Shown here piece after piece: positions 18,485-27,556 of a stretch of 64,000 nt of DNA. The notes under the pieces are model-generated. The model did not search any database. It worked only from the letters and a program-made list of their open reading frames with translations, and had not been told where the DNA came from. This DNA is from Candidatus Dojkabacteria bacterium. Its GTDB lineage: Bacteria; Patescibacteriota; Dojkabacteria; B142; WJKM01. Position 1 is the first letter of the stretch; each line of letters starts with the position of its first letter. The stretch lies in contig WJKM01000009.1 in assembly GCA_014729085.1 (NCBI GenBank), forward strand, positions 61,973 through 125,972, written 5' to 3'. The translations under genes and the position numbers were made by a program.

Positions 18485-18916
18485 ATGTTACGAAAAATGA
18501 AAAAAGAGCGATATTCATTATTTTCAGATGGAGGAGCAAGAGGCAATCCAGGGCCTGCAGGTATTGGCTTTCTAGTATTCAAAGGTAAAAAACTTATAAA
18601 ATTCGATGGCAAATATATTGGTATCTCTACAAACAACAAAGCGGAATACAAAGCTTTAATTATGGGTTTGAAACAGATACAGAAATTAAATATTAAGGAA
18701 ATAGTTTGCTATTTAGATAGTGAGTTAATAGTTAAACAAATCAAGGGTGAATATAAAGTCAAGAGTCCTGACCTGAAGCCTCTTTTTGAAACCGTACAAA
18801 CATATTTATCTAAAATTAAAAATATTTCTTTTGTTCATATACCAAGATCTTCTAATTCATTCGCAGATAAACTTGCCAATATTGCCCTTGATGCAGCTGA
18901 AGACTCACAAAAATAG
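18485..18916 (+). CDS. rnhA: Ribonuclease HI
   Basis: SDGGARGNPGPAGIGF, NNKAEYKALIMGL and a C-terminal ...NSFADKLAN block: the RNase H fold and catalytic-residue pattern. Confidence 0.8.
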   Translation: MLRKMKKERYSLFSDGGARGNPGPAGIGFLVFKGKKLIKFDGKYIGISTNNKAEYKALIMGLKQIQKLNIKEIVCYLDSELIVKQIKGEYKVKSPDLKPLFETVQTYLSKIKNISFVHIPRSSNSFADKLANIALDAAEDSQK

Positions 18917-19055
18917 ATCATAAATACTTGAATGAGATATAATTATTGGGATAAACTAATTAGGGCAATATTAATTATTATTGTTACAAAAAACCATTTT
19001 GATTCTGACCATGTAAAGAGTTATTTAATAAATCAATTTAACTAAGAGAATATAA

Positions 19056-20669
19056 ATGAAAAAAACTAGAGTTATAAATATTAATAAGCAAAGGTTAAAA
19101 GGCAATCCTTCATATCTTAGAAGAAGAAGGAAGCATTCATCAGCTCCAACTCAAAGAAATAAGAGGAAAAAAGGATCCGTTCTTCAAAGATTTAACAATA
19201 CACTGAATAACCTTACTAATATTCAATTTATTTTATTGCTTTTGCTGATTGTTTCATTCTCATTTTTAGGTTTCAATATGGTATCAAGTTCATCGCATGA
19301 AACTTTCTTTAATAATATTTTAAATCCGATTACAGAAGACAAAGACTGCGAAGAGGACCTGCTTAATCCACTATGCTGGCCAAATCAGGTTGTCCCTAAA
19401 TTAAAACAAAGTAATGGATATACCAATGCTTTATTGGTAGGGATAGATACTAGGGAAGATGAAGCTGGGCTTATGAACACTGATACAATTATGGTGGCTT
19501 CCTTCAATCATACAGATGGCAAAACAATGCTTATATCTTTTCCAAGAGATTTATATTTGCCTTATTATGTAGATGGAAAGAATTCTGGATATTTTTCGAA
19601 GGTTAATTCTCTTTATGCAATTGGCGAAAGTAAGAAGAATATCGATGGGCTGACTTTTTTGAAGGAGAACATTGAAGAATGGCTTGATATGGATATACAT
19701 TATACTGGTCTAGTGAATTTTAAGACTCTTGTAGATATTGTTGATGCAGTAGGGGGTATAACAATTGAGGTTGAAGAAAATTATGAGGATATTTATCCAT
19801 ACAAAGAACTATCCGAGGAATATCAGAATAATTGTATACGTGCAAAGGATTATCCAAAATACTGTGTATTTAAATTCTCTAAAGGTATAAACAAGCTTGA
19901 TGGAGAAGATGCTTTAATATATGCACGAATGCGTCAGTATTCCTCGGATTTTGATAGAGCTAGGAGACAGCAACAGGTAATTGATGCAATTAAGCGTAAA
20001 TTTTTAAGTGGAGACGAAAACGCTATCCAAAAAGCGAAATTTGCATGGAATACTTATCAAGCATTGCTTGATGAAACAAATGTGATCTCTAACTTAGAAT
20101 ATAATGATATGATAGCAGGTTTGCTTAAAGTTGGCAGTGTTGATTTAGATCCAATTAGCGTTGTCCTAGATCCTACTTTTGGTGGGCAGGGAGCATTTAT
20201 GTATGAGACAAGAGTAGGGCAAGTACAAGATGAAGAAACGGGAGAATTGGTTGGAGGAATGTATGTTATTCAACTTCGAGACACTACTTTTTCTCAAATA
20301 AACCAAGAACTAGAGAAAGTTCGTAAGTTTCCTGAGTTATATGAAGATAATGCATCAGTAGTAATTGCGAACAAAACGGGAACTACCCTTTCGAGTTCCA
20401 ATGATGCAAAAATTTTAAAAGAAATAGATCCTTATTTTGATTTTCTAGCTTATGTAGAAGACACAAAGGAAAGCTCTTCTCAAGAATACAAAATATTTGT
20501 TTTTAATAAAGAAAAGATTGACACAGTGAATTATTTAAAAGATTATTTTTCTACTGAGAATGTTGAGTATATTGATGAATATTCAACCGAAAGCCAGACT
20601 TCATATAAAGAGGATATTAAAGTAGCTGTTTATGCTTCTCAATCAACCGATCTGAATAATGGAAATTAA
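19056..20669 (+). CDS. LytR-CpsA-Psr (LCP) family cell-envelope glycopolymer transferase
   Basis: An N-terminal TM helix, then LLVGIDTRED...NTDTIMVASFN....LISFPRDLY, the LCP domain signature. Confidence 0.75.
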   Translation: MKKTRVININKQRLKGNPSYLRRRRKHSSAPTQRNKRKKGSVLQRFNNTLNNLTNIQFILLLLLIVSFSFLGFNMVSSSSHETFFNNILNPITEDKDCEEDLLNPLCWPNQVVPKLKQSNGYTNALLVGIDTREDEAGLMNTDTIMVASFNHTDGKTMLISFPRDLYLPYYVDGKNSGYFSKVNSLYAIGESKKNIDGLTFLKENIEEWLDMDIHYTGLVNFKTLVDIVDAVGGITIEVEENYEDIYPYKELSEEYQNNCIRAKDYPKYCVFKFSKGINKLDGEDALIYARMRQYSSDFDRARRQQQVIDAIKRKFLSGDENAIQKAKFAWNTYQALLDETNVISNLEYNDMIAGLLKVGSVDLDPISVVLDPTFGGQGAFMYETRVGQVQDEETGELVGGMYVIQLRDTTFSQINQELEKVRKFPELYEDNASVVIANKTGTTLSSSNDAKILKEIDPYFDFLAYVEDTKESSSQEYKIFVFNKEKIDTVNYLKDYFSTENVEYIDEYSTESQTSYKEDIKVAVYASQSTDLNNGN

Positions 20670-21867
20670 AAAACTAGTCAAATCATTTAAAGATCAATTC
20701 ATAATGCTTGTTGGATCTAATCTTATTGGTTTGCTTAGTCTGATTTTTGCTTTGTTGCTTCTGTATATTGGAAACAAAGGACAGTATAATCTTTACACAT
20801 CTTATACTTCTATTTTTGCGGTATTTTTAGTTCCAAGTAAGCTTATTAAAAGTTTAGCTACAACATATGGTTTAGCAGTCTTCGACAAGGTTCATAGTTT
20901 TTATAATAAATTAAACAGAAATAAATACTGGCTTTTATTATTCTTTTTAGTTTATTTAATCTTAGTTTATTTTATAACTGTTTATATAAAAGGTACTTAT
21001 TTTACAACCGCATTTTTAATTCTTACTGCTGTCTCACAGATAATTCTTCAAGTATTTATAGGAATTATTCAAAATAGAAAAAAGTTTTTTGAATCATCAA
21101 TGATTCTTATAATTCAAAGTATTGGCAAAATTATTCTAGCTTTAGTTTTATTTTATTTTGTTCTTGTAAATGGAATCTGGTTTGCTTTCTTTATGGTATC
21201 CGTTATTACAAACTTTTTTTTAATAAATAACTTTCGCAAAAAATATCAAGATAGAGTGAATAAAACCAATTCAAAAATATTCAATTCAGATATTTTGATT
21301 AATTTGTTTCTTTTAATGAGTTTAGAATTACTATTTAATTTTGATGCAATACTTGCCTCAACCAAATTAAATGCAAACGAGGCCTATATCTACAATTCAT
21401 TAGTATTAGTGAAAAAAACTCTATTTTTCAGTGTTTTTGGACTTACCCAGATTGTTTTGGCTGAATCTCGGAAAATAGAAACTAAAAAAATAAATTCTCT
21501 TATAAAGAATTTATTAATTACTGTCTTAGTTTCAGTTGCTGCGGCAATAGTATTTATTTTGTTTAAAAATATAATCTTTAAGATTATCAATTTAGATATC
21601 AATTATATGAGTTTTTACATTAAATTCATCTTTACAAGCATACTGTTTTCGGTTTTATTTATGATTGGTACATGGTTTACAAGCTTTAGAAACAAGTTTA
21701 TCAGGATTAGTTTATCTTTGTTTATATTGTTTTTTGTTTTTTATTACTTTCAAGTAGTAAAAAACCTTGAAAATATGATAGATATATTTATTTGGGGAAA
21801 TATTGTATTGATCGCTATTCAAATTGGATTAGGCGGTGTGAAATATTTAACTACAAGAAAATTATGA
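20659..21867 (+). CDS. Polytopic membrane protein, possible polysaccharide/lipid-linked-oligosaccharide flippase (MOP/Wzx-like)
   Basis: About 10-12 predicted TM helices. It overlaps the LCP gene by 11 nt (operon). Confidence 0.4.
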   Translation: MEIKKLVKSFKDQFIMLVGSNLIGLLSLIFALLLLYIGNKGQYNLYTSYTSIFAVFLVPSKLIKSLATTYGLAVFDKVHSFYNKLNRNKYWLLLFFLVYLILVYFITVYIKGTYFTTAFLILTAVSQIILQVFIGIIQNRKKFFESSMILIIQSIGKIILALVLFYFVLVNGIWFAFFMVSVITNFFLINNFRKKYQDRVNKTNSKIFNSDILINLFLLMSLELLFNFDAILASTKLNANEAYIYNSLVLVKKTLFFSVFGLTQIVLAESRKIETKKINSLIKNLLITVLVSVAAAIVFILFKNIIFKIINLDINYMSFYIKFIFTSILFSVLFMIGTWFTSFRNKFIRISLSLFILFFVFYYFQVVKNLENMIDIFIWGNIVLIAIQIGLGGVKYLTTRKL

Positions 21868-21967
21868 TTATATTTGTCGTTGCAAACTTATCTCTATGAA
21901 GACAGGTAATATTTTATACTACTTCGAATTTCTCTTATAATCTAAGAAAATCATAAATATAATTTTA

Positions 21968-22525
21968 ATGAAATATCTAGAATTAACTAAACAATTTATT
22001 AAGTCAAAGGCGGATGAAAAGGGAAAGAAAATAGATCATCTACAAAATACACTTCATTGGGTTAAACAATTAGATCCTCAAGCAGATGAAGCATTGCAAA
22101 TTGCTGCCTTTGCCCATGATGTCTCTAGGCTTGTATTAGGTGTTGACATAAGTGAACTGAAGGAAAATAAAAAAGGTTTTCTGGATGTCGAACATATGCG
22201 AGAGCATCAAGAAAAAGGAGCAGAGATTATCACAAAATATTTATTAGAAAAAGGTGCGGATAAAGAGTTTGTTAGCGATGTTGGACAGTTAATTTCTTTT
22301 CATGAGGTGGGTGGAACTCCAAGAGCAGATATTTTGAAAGATGCAGATAGTATAAGTTTTTTCGAAACAAACGCAGAGGATTTCATTAAAAAATTTGTTC
22401 CCTTAGTAGGTAAAGAAAAAGTTGAAGACAAGATAACGTGGATGTTCGCAAGAATAAGTTTGGATAAAGCTAGAGATATTGTACGGGATATGTATAAGGA
22501 GTGCATTAAGAAATGTAGAAAATAG
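21968..22525 (+). CDS. HD-domain phosphohydrolase
   Basis: H...HD motif (AAFAHDVSR) and downstream His/Asp metal ligands. Confidence 0.6.
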   Translation: MKYLELTKQFIKSKADEKGKKIDHLQNTLHWVKQLDPQADEALQIAAFAHDVSRLVLGVDISELKENKKGFLDVEHMREHQEKGAEIITKYLLEKGADKEFVSDVGQLISFHEVGGTPRADILKDADSISFFETNAEDFIKKFVPLVGKEKVEDKITWMFARISLDKARDIVRDMYKECIKKCRK

Positions 22526-22529
22526 ATCT

Positions 22530-22598
22530 GGGGGAAATTTGAGATTCATATGCTCGCTCTCCCAGCGAGTACGTTAGAGACCACTCTGTCATTTGTCC
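22530..22598 (-). pseudogene. Degenerate copy of tRNA-Ser (D-arm plus anticodon arm retained, T-arm decayed), carrying a copy of the upstream promoter region
   Basis: atgacagagtggtctctaacgtactcgctgggagagcgag aligns with the D/anticodon region of the intact tRNA-Ser at 24327-24413. The 5'-flank ccattaatccagattggatatttt aligns with ccattcatttatactggatatttt of the intact gene. Confidence 0.5.
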
Positions 22599-22744
22599 AT
22601 TAATCCAGATTGGATATTTTAATCTCAATTTATTAGATTTAAAATTTGAAGATTGTATTAAAGACTATTTAGCGTTTAGTTAGTTATTCTATACAGATTC
22701 TTTAAAATTTTTCTAAAATATGGGCTGGTTAATATGCCTATATT

Positions 22745-23734
22745 TTATGGTTCTTCTGTCTGTGTACGTTCTTTAATATAATTTTTAACATCTATATTTT
22801 TTACTCTCATTCCTGCTGTCAATGAACAGAAACTATTTTTCCCATACATTGTATTTGAAGCAACTGCTGGACCGAGATATTCACAATTTGGGTTGCATAT
22901 AAATAGACCACCTCCACTGTCACCCTGTTGGAATGCATTTGTAGTGAATGAGTTCTCAAATGTTTCGCAAAGTGAGATATCGCCTTCTAGAAGTTGATCG
23001 TATAACTTTACTGTGGTAGTAACATCATCTAAGTTAGTAACATCATCTGGTAGAGGTGCTAGGCATATAAGTCTATCGTCATCCGGGAGCATATTTTCGG
23101 AACCTGAAAATTGGAGGCAAGTATCATCCGGCAAAGTTATAAATTCTTTTATTTCTTTAGGAGATTTAGATTCATATTCTTCACCTCTGTCTTGATTATG
23201 GATAGCTAGATAGACAAGTTCCCCAGGTTGTAAATTTCCTTCAGATACATCGACGGTTGGTGCATTGGGCATTTCCATTTGCGTAAAAGCTACGTCATAC
23301 CAAATTTTGGACCAGTCGTCATGATGGATTATATGTGTATTGAGAAATGTATTATTCTGAAATTTTACATAATCTTTTGATCTGTATTTTTGCTCATTAC
23401 CTGGACGAGAGTCTACTGCACTACAGTGTGCTGCAGTAATTCCATAGGCTTGGTCTTCCAAACTTTCAGCTATAACTCCCTGGCAGCCATGATAGTATTC
23501 CAAAGGTTCGCCTCTCTGATCTCCGAGTGAAATTGTTGCTTCCCATGGAATTGGCGGATCAGATGATAAAACAGTTTCATCAAATGGAGAATTTAAATCC
23601 CTTGGTGTTGGATCCGGCCTTATTGATTCATCTTCTGTAGACAGCGTTGTAGGTTGATCACATCCGCTTAATAGTAGCATTGTTATTAAACCTATAGGTA
23701 GCCCCAAACGTTTTAAAAAGTTTTCTTGTTCCAT
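22745..23734 (-). CDS. Secreted trypsin-like (S1) serine protease, lipoprotein
   Basis: Lipobox LLSGC. Catalytic His in TAAHC and Ser in GDSGGGLF. Confidence 0.7.
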   Translation of the reverse strand: MEQENFLKRLGLPIGLITMLLLSGCDQPTTLSTEDESIRPDPTPRDLNSPFDETVLSSDPPIPWEATISLGDQRGEPLEYYHGCQGVIAESLEDQAYGITAAHCSAVDSRPGNEQKYRSKDYVKFQNNTFLNTHIIHHDDWSKIWYDVAFTQMEMPNAPTVDVSEGNLQPGELVYLAIHNQDRGEEYESKSPKEIKEFITLPDDTCLQFSGSENMLPDDDRLICLAPLPDDVTNLDDVTTTVKLYDQLLEGDISLCETFENSFTTNAFQQGDSGGGLFICNPNCEYLGPAVASNTMYGKNSFCSLTAGMRVKNIDVKNYIKERTQTEEP

Positions 23735-24027
23735 ATAGTTTGATAAATGTATATGAAAAATAAGTTTTGCATTATATCACAAAGATATATTAGTTGTATG
23801 CGAAAGTGCTTACCAAATTAAGGTGATACTCTAATAGGAAAATATGAAAGTATGAGGAGAAACAATGTATCATATTTAGCTTTTAAAGCATAAAATAAAG
23901 AATATTATTCAATAGAGGTTTAGGTTAAGGAAAGAATAAAATTAAGGGAATTTTGAGGAAATGTCTGGGTAGGGATAGAGGTAAGCTTTGAGGAGAGCAC
24001 TTTACTTCATTAAGAAAATGCAACTAG

Positions 24028-24042
24028 CCTGCCTTGGGCAGG
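24028..24042. terminator. GC-rich hairpin (CCTGCC-TTG-GGCAGG) flanked by T-rich tracts, a possible bidirectional terminator
   Basis: A perfect 6-bp GC stem, followed by atattttct on the plus strand and preceded by the complement of tagttgcattttctt. Confidence 0.3.
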
Positions 24043-24080
24043 ATATTTTCTAAATTTAGCATCCTAATTCTTAAGCTCTA

Positions 24081-24108
24081 TCTTCATCTTCATCTTCATC
24101 TTCATCTT
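24081..24108. repeat. Hexanucleotide microsatellite (TCTTCA) of about 4.7 units
   Basis: tcttcatcttcatcttcatcttcatctt read directly from the sequence. Confidence 0.85.
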
Positions 24109-24233
24109 AACCTTATTTTGCCTTTGGAAAATAGACGAATGAGAAATAATCAGAAAAGTGGAAGGTTAAGAAAAAGTTTAAGATTAAGGGAATTTTGAGA
24201 AATTATTGAGTCAGACTTTGTAAAAGCAAAATT

Positions 24234-24249
24234 CGGAGAGAGGGGGATT
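24234..24249. repeat. 16-nt direct repeat of the tRNA-Ser 3' end (cggagagagggggatt), att-site-like
   Basis: Identical to 24327-24342 (T-arm/acceptor 3' strand of the tRNA), 93 bp away. Confidence 0.8.
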
Positions 24250-24268
24250 TCCCGTACAAATCTCATTT

Positions 24269-24299
24269 CATTCAATTTTACGGGACAGGCTTCTCATCC
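24269..24299 (-). other. Conserved about-31-nt tRNA-trailer motif, copy A (GGATGAGAAGCCTGTCCCGTAAAATTGAATG in tRNA orientation)
   Basis: Lies 27 nt downstream of the tRNA-Ser 3' end. Copy B (60202-60233) has a near-identical core at the same spacing from tRNA-Leu. Confidence 0.5.
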
Positions 24300-24326
24300 C
24301 CCTAGTAATTTATTGCTAAAGCGAAA

Positions 24327-24413
24327 CGGAGAGAGGGGGATTCGAACCCCCGATGAGCTTCCGCCCATACTCGCTCTCCAAGCGAGCGCGTTAGACCACT
24401 CTGCCATCTCTCC
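24327..24413 (-). tRNA. tRNA-Ser (anticodon GGA), class II with a long variable arm
   Basis: Manual cloverleaf: acceptor GGAGAGA/TCTCTCC, anticodon stem CTCGC/GCGAG with loop TTGGAGA, T-arm GGGGG-TTCGAAT-CCCCC, 87 nt, discriminator G, no encoded CCA. Confidence 0.85.
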
Positions 24414-24775
24414 ATTCATTTATACTGGATATTTTATCAGATAATTAGGAGATTACATAAAATTAAAGTTGAAAACTTTTCTATTTCTCATATTCCTTGG
24501 TAAATAGACATTTGATGTCATTATATATTAATGATAATAAACAGATACGCACAATAGCTATAGATATAGTTCTGGTATTATCCCAGAAGATTATTATGGA
24601 TCATTGAGTTGACACAAGAGTAAGGAGCTATTTAAGAATAACAAGCATAAAATTGTTTTAGATTAAAAATATATACCTATTGAATAGCATGTAGAATGAG
24701 TGATTATTAATTAATATAAAAAGATAGACTAGTAGCATTATCATTCAAAAGGATCCATGTTATACTATTTCCAAC

Positions 24776-25915
24776 ATGGGTAATCAAGCTGCTAATAATC
24801 AAGAACCACTTTTTACAATCTCTCTAGACTTACAGGGAAAAGATACGCGTATTTCTTTAGGGTGCATATTTTCTATTTCAATTGTAGTAACCAGCTTTGT
24901 AACTTTTTTTATATTGGCAATTATTACATTAGTTATTCCAGGTTTATCAAAAATTCCTTTAATTCCTACCTTAATAATACTTTGCTTTACTAATACAATT
25001 TCTCTTGTTTTTTTATATAGCTCAATTAAAAAAGGAGTAAAGAATTCTTACATAGCTTTTTATAATAATTATGTATTTGAACATAAAGAGATATATTTGA
25101 TTCCTTTTGCAAAGCCTAAGATAGAAGAGTTATCAATACTATACTCCCAGATTACTAATATCGAAATAGAAAATGAAAAAGTTTTTACGATATACTCCCA
25201 TTATCCTTCAAAGATTACTATATTCTCTTCTAACGCAAACCAAGTATATAATTGGATTATAGGAGTTTTATCTCAAAATAAAACATTTTATTCAGTTATT
25301 GATCAAACTCAACATTTGTTAAGTTATTCCTATTCTTTACCTAATGGATATTTTTTTCAAAAAGATATGAGTAGCCAGGAGTGGACGGCGAAAGTTCGTT
25401 CTGGGGGGGCGGGTAGGATATATGATATCTATAATACTAACAGTACTCATCCAGTAGCTTATATTAAGTTCCCAATCAATATGAATGTTGGTATTGATTT
25501 TTTTTTATATAGTATAAAAGATAATAACTTATTGTACTGGGGAAATTTTCATCAACAATCAAGTTTACATATTGGATTAACGCATAAAGTACAGACTTAT
25601 TCTATATATTTTGGAAATGGAATGTGTTTAGCATTGGGGAAGATGAACTCAACACAGTTTATAATTGGAAAAGAAGATTATGAAATCCAACTTGGAACAG
25701 ATTTGATTACATATAGAGGTAAAGATTTAGCTTTAAAAGAGGCGGGAGAAATAAAGATTAATAATATACCTAGATATAGAATCATTACAAATAATATTTT
25801 AAGTGAAATTAAAGCTACTTCATCAACGTCTCCAATCCCTTTTAGATTATTTTCTGTATTAGTAATGGGTATTACAGCTCAAAAAGAAATGAAATCTGAC
25901 GAAAATAAGCATTAA
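24776..25915 (+). CDS. Hypothetical membrane protein (2 N-terminal TM helices plus a soluble domain)
   Basis: A long ORF in a gene-dense context with no recognizable motifs. Confidence 0.4.
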   Translation: MGNQAANNQEPLFTISLDLQGKDTRISLGCIFSISIVVTSFVTFFILAIITLVIPGLSKIPLIPTLIILCFTNTISLVFLYSSIKKGVKNSYIAFYNNYVFEHKEIYLIPFAKPKIEELSILYSQITNIEIENEKVFTIYSHYPSKITIFSSNANQVYNWIIGVLSQNKTFYSVIDQTQHLLSYSYSLPNGYFFQKDMSSQEWTAKVRSGGAGRIYDIYNTNSTHPVAYIKFPINMNVGIDFFLYSIKDNNLLYWGNFHQQSSLHIGLTHKVQTYSIYFGNGMCLALGKMNSTQFIIGKEDYEIQLGTDLITYRGKDLALKEAGEIKINNIPRYRIITNNILSEIKATSSTSPIPFRLFSVLVMGITAQKEMKSDENKH

Positions 25916-26011
25916 AAGGTTTGATCTTGAAACTATTTTTTTAATTTATGCTAAATCGATTTTGATTTATTGTATAATTCATCGGTATTTTGAATAAATA
26001 AAATAAAAATC

Positions 26012-27265
26012 ATGAATAAACAAGAAGAAAAAAAATCTGAACTAGTAGCAATCCTTCCTGATGATACAGATTGCAGTTTTACTCAACTTAAAAAGAAACT
26101 ACAGCAGTCCCGGTATTTTGCTAACTCAATTATAGAAAATGATATAGATAATGAGGATGTGAAATTTGCCTATAAAATAATCATTGACAATGAGAATTTT
26201 AAGCAAGTATATAAGATTGAATACCATGCTCGTAAATATCCAACGAACTATCATTATGTTCCTCATGACATTACCAAGGCTGAAGTTAAGAATGCTAAGA
26301 ATTCAAAACGCTATTTGTTAATTAAAACTGATTTTCAAAGAGATCCCCTTGTTGACTTTTTTAATCAAATAAAACTACTTGTAACAATAGTTCCTGATGT
26401 AATTTTGATTAAAGATTTAAGTGCGATACAGTTGTTATCTGGTGATTGGGCACGAGATGTGTTTGAAAATGACATTCCTCCTTCTCCACAACGAATGTTT
26501 TCTATACATGGAGTACAACAGGATGATGAAGTATGGCTCCATACACATGGACTCGAAAGGTGCGGACTCAAGGATGTCGAAATATTAGGGGTACCAAAGG
26601 AAGGATATGAAAGAGTAGGGGATTTATTAAATACTATAGTTCAAATGATCATTGACTCGGAACCACCTGTAGAAGGTGAGCCTATTACTGTAGCAAACAA
26701 TATTAAAATAGTTTTTTTGAAATGGAAAAAAGCAATAAAACATCTACAAAATATTAAACTTGGAGGAAAGGAAGATAGGGAAGAAAACCATAGCAGAGAT
26801 AACTTAGTTATAATGTTGCCAGATACTAAAACTATGCTTGGATGGAAGTATAAATCTCCAAAAGAACTATCTAAGAAGTTGGATTCAAATCCTGTGTTTT
26901 ATATTACAGTTAGTGAGACTAAAAGGATGGAAGAATTAGCAAGGAGAAAATTTGAATTATTTACACAGTATTTCAAAAAGTATAAAAAGAACAACGACTG
27001 GAAATTCAGTGTAAAGCTAGGATTTTTAGTCGATAATAATAAGGATAAGAATGACAAAGAGCACCTTTGGTTTAAAGTAGTAAGTATTAATGAAGAGAAT
27101 ATTGAAGGAAAATTGCTAAATGAACCCTATGATATTAAAAGTTTGCATAAAGGAAAAAATTATACCTATACAATTAATACTCTTACGGACTGGTTAATTG
27201 TATCTCCATTTGGGAATTACACCCCAGACAATATTTATGATCTTTTACGTAAACAAAAATTGTAA
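26012..27265 (+). CDS. Hypothetical protein (417 aa)
   Basis: Long ORF. The C-terminal region (HLWFKVVSINEENIEGKLLNEPYDIKSL) is faintly reminiscent of DUF2314-type domains. No confident call. Confidence 0.4.
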   Translation: MNKQEEKKSELVAILPDDTDCSFTQLKKKLQQSRYFANSIIENDIDNEDVKFAYKIIIDNENFKQVYKIEYHARKYPTNYHYVPHDITKAEVKNAKNSKRYLLIKTDFQRDPLVDFFNQIKLLVTIVPDVILIKDLSAIQLLSGDWARDVFENDIPPSPQRMFSIHGVQQDDEVWLHTHGLERCGLKDVEILGVPKEGYERVGDLLNTIVQMIIDSEPPVEGEPITVANNIKIVFLKWKKAIKHLQNIKLGGKEDREENHSRDNLVIMLPDTKTMLGWKYKSPKELSKKLDSNPVFYITVSETKRMEELARRKFELFTQYFKKYKKNNDWKFSVKLGFLVDNNKDKNDKEHLWFKVVSINEENIEGKLLNEPYDIKSLHKGKNYTYTINTLTDWLIVSPFGNYTPDNIYDLLRKQKL

Positions 27266-27556
27266 TCATTTACAAAGTCCATCCAATATATATCATAAAC
27301 TTTAAATGATCTTTATTCCACTATTCCTTTGTTCCTGTGACTACAGTAGTCTTGAAATATCTATTTGTATATGTAAGACTGTAATATAAATCAAGTAACA
27401 AATTAATGTCTATGCTAAATAGAAATTAATATAATGATCGTACAACAAATAAAAAATTACCAGTACTGATAGTTGAGAAATTTTACGTCTTTTAATTGAA
27501 GAGTAGGTAGGCTATTCGATTTGACAAAATTTAATAATAAGATTTAATCAAAAGAT

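Noticed and set aside
22600-24326. Calling the segment between the pseudo-tRNA and tRNA-Ser an intact integrative mobile element
   Set aside because: No integrase, excisionase or replication gene is present. Only att-like repeats and a protease gene are. I report it as a scar or remnant rather than a mobile_element feature.
23735-24326. Possible known structured ncRNA (SRP RNA, RNase P RNA, tmRNA, riboswitch) in the long non-coding stretch
   Set aside because: I could not recognise any of the conserved core motifs of these RNAs by eye. Only generic hairpins and repeats are visible. An Infernal/Rfam scan is needed before any call.
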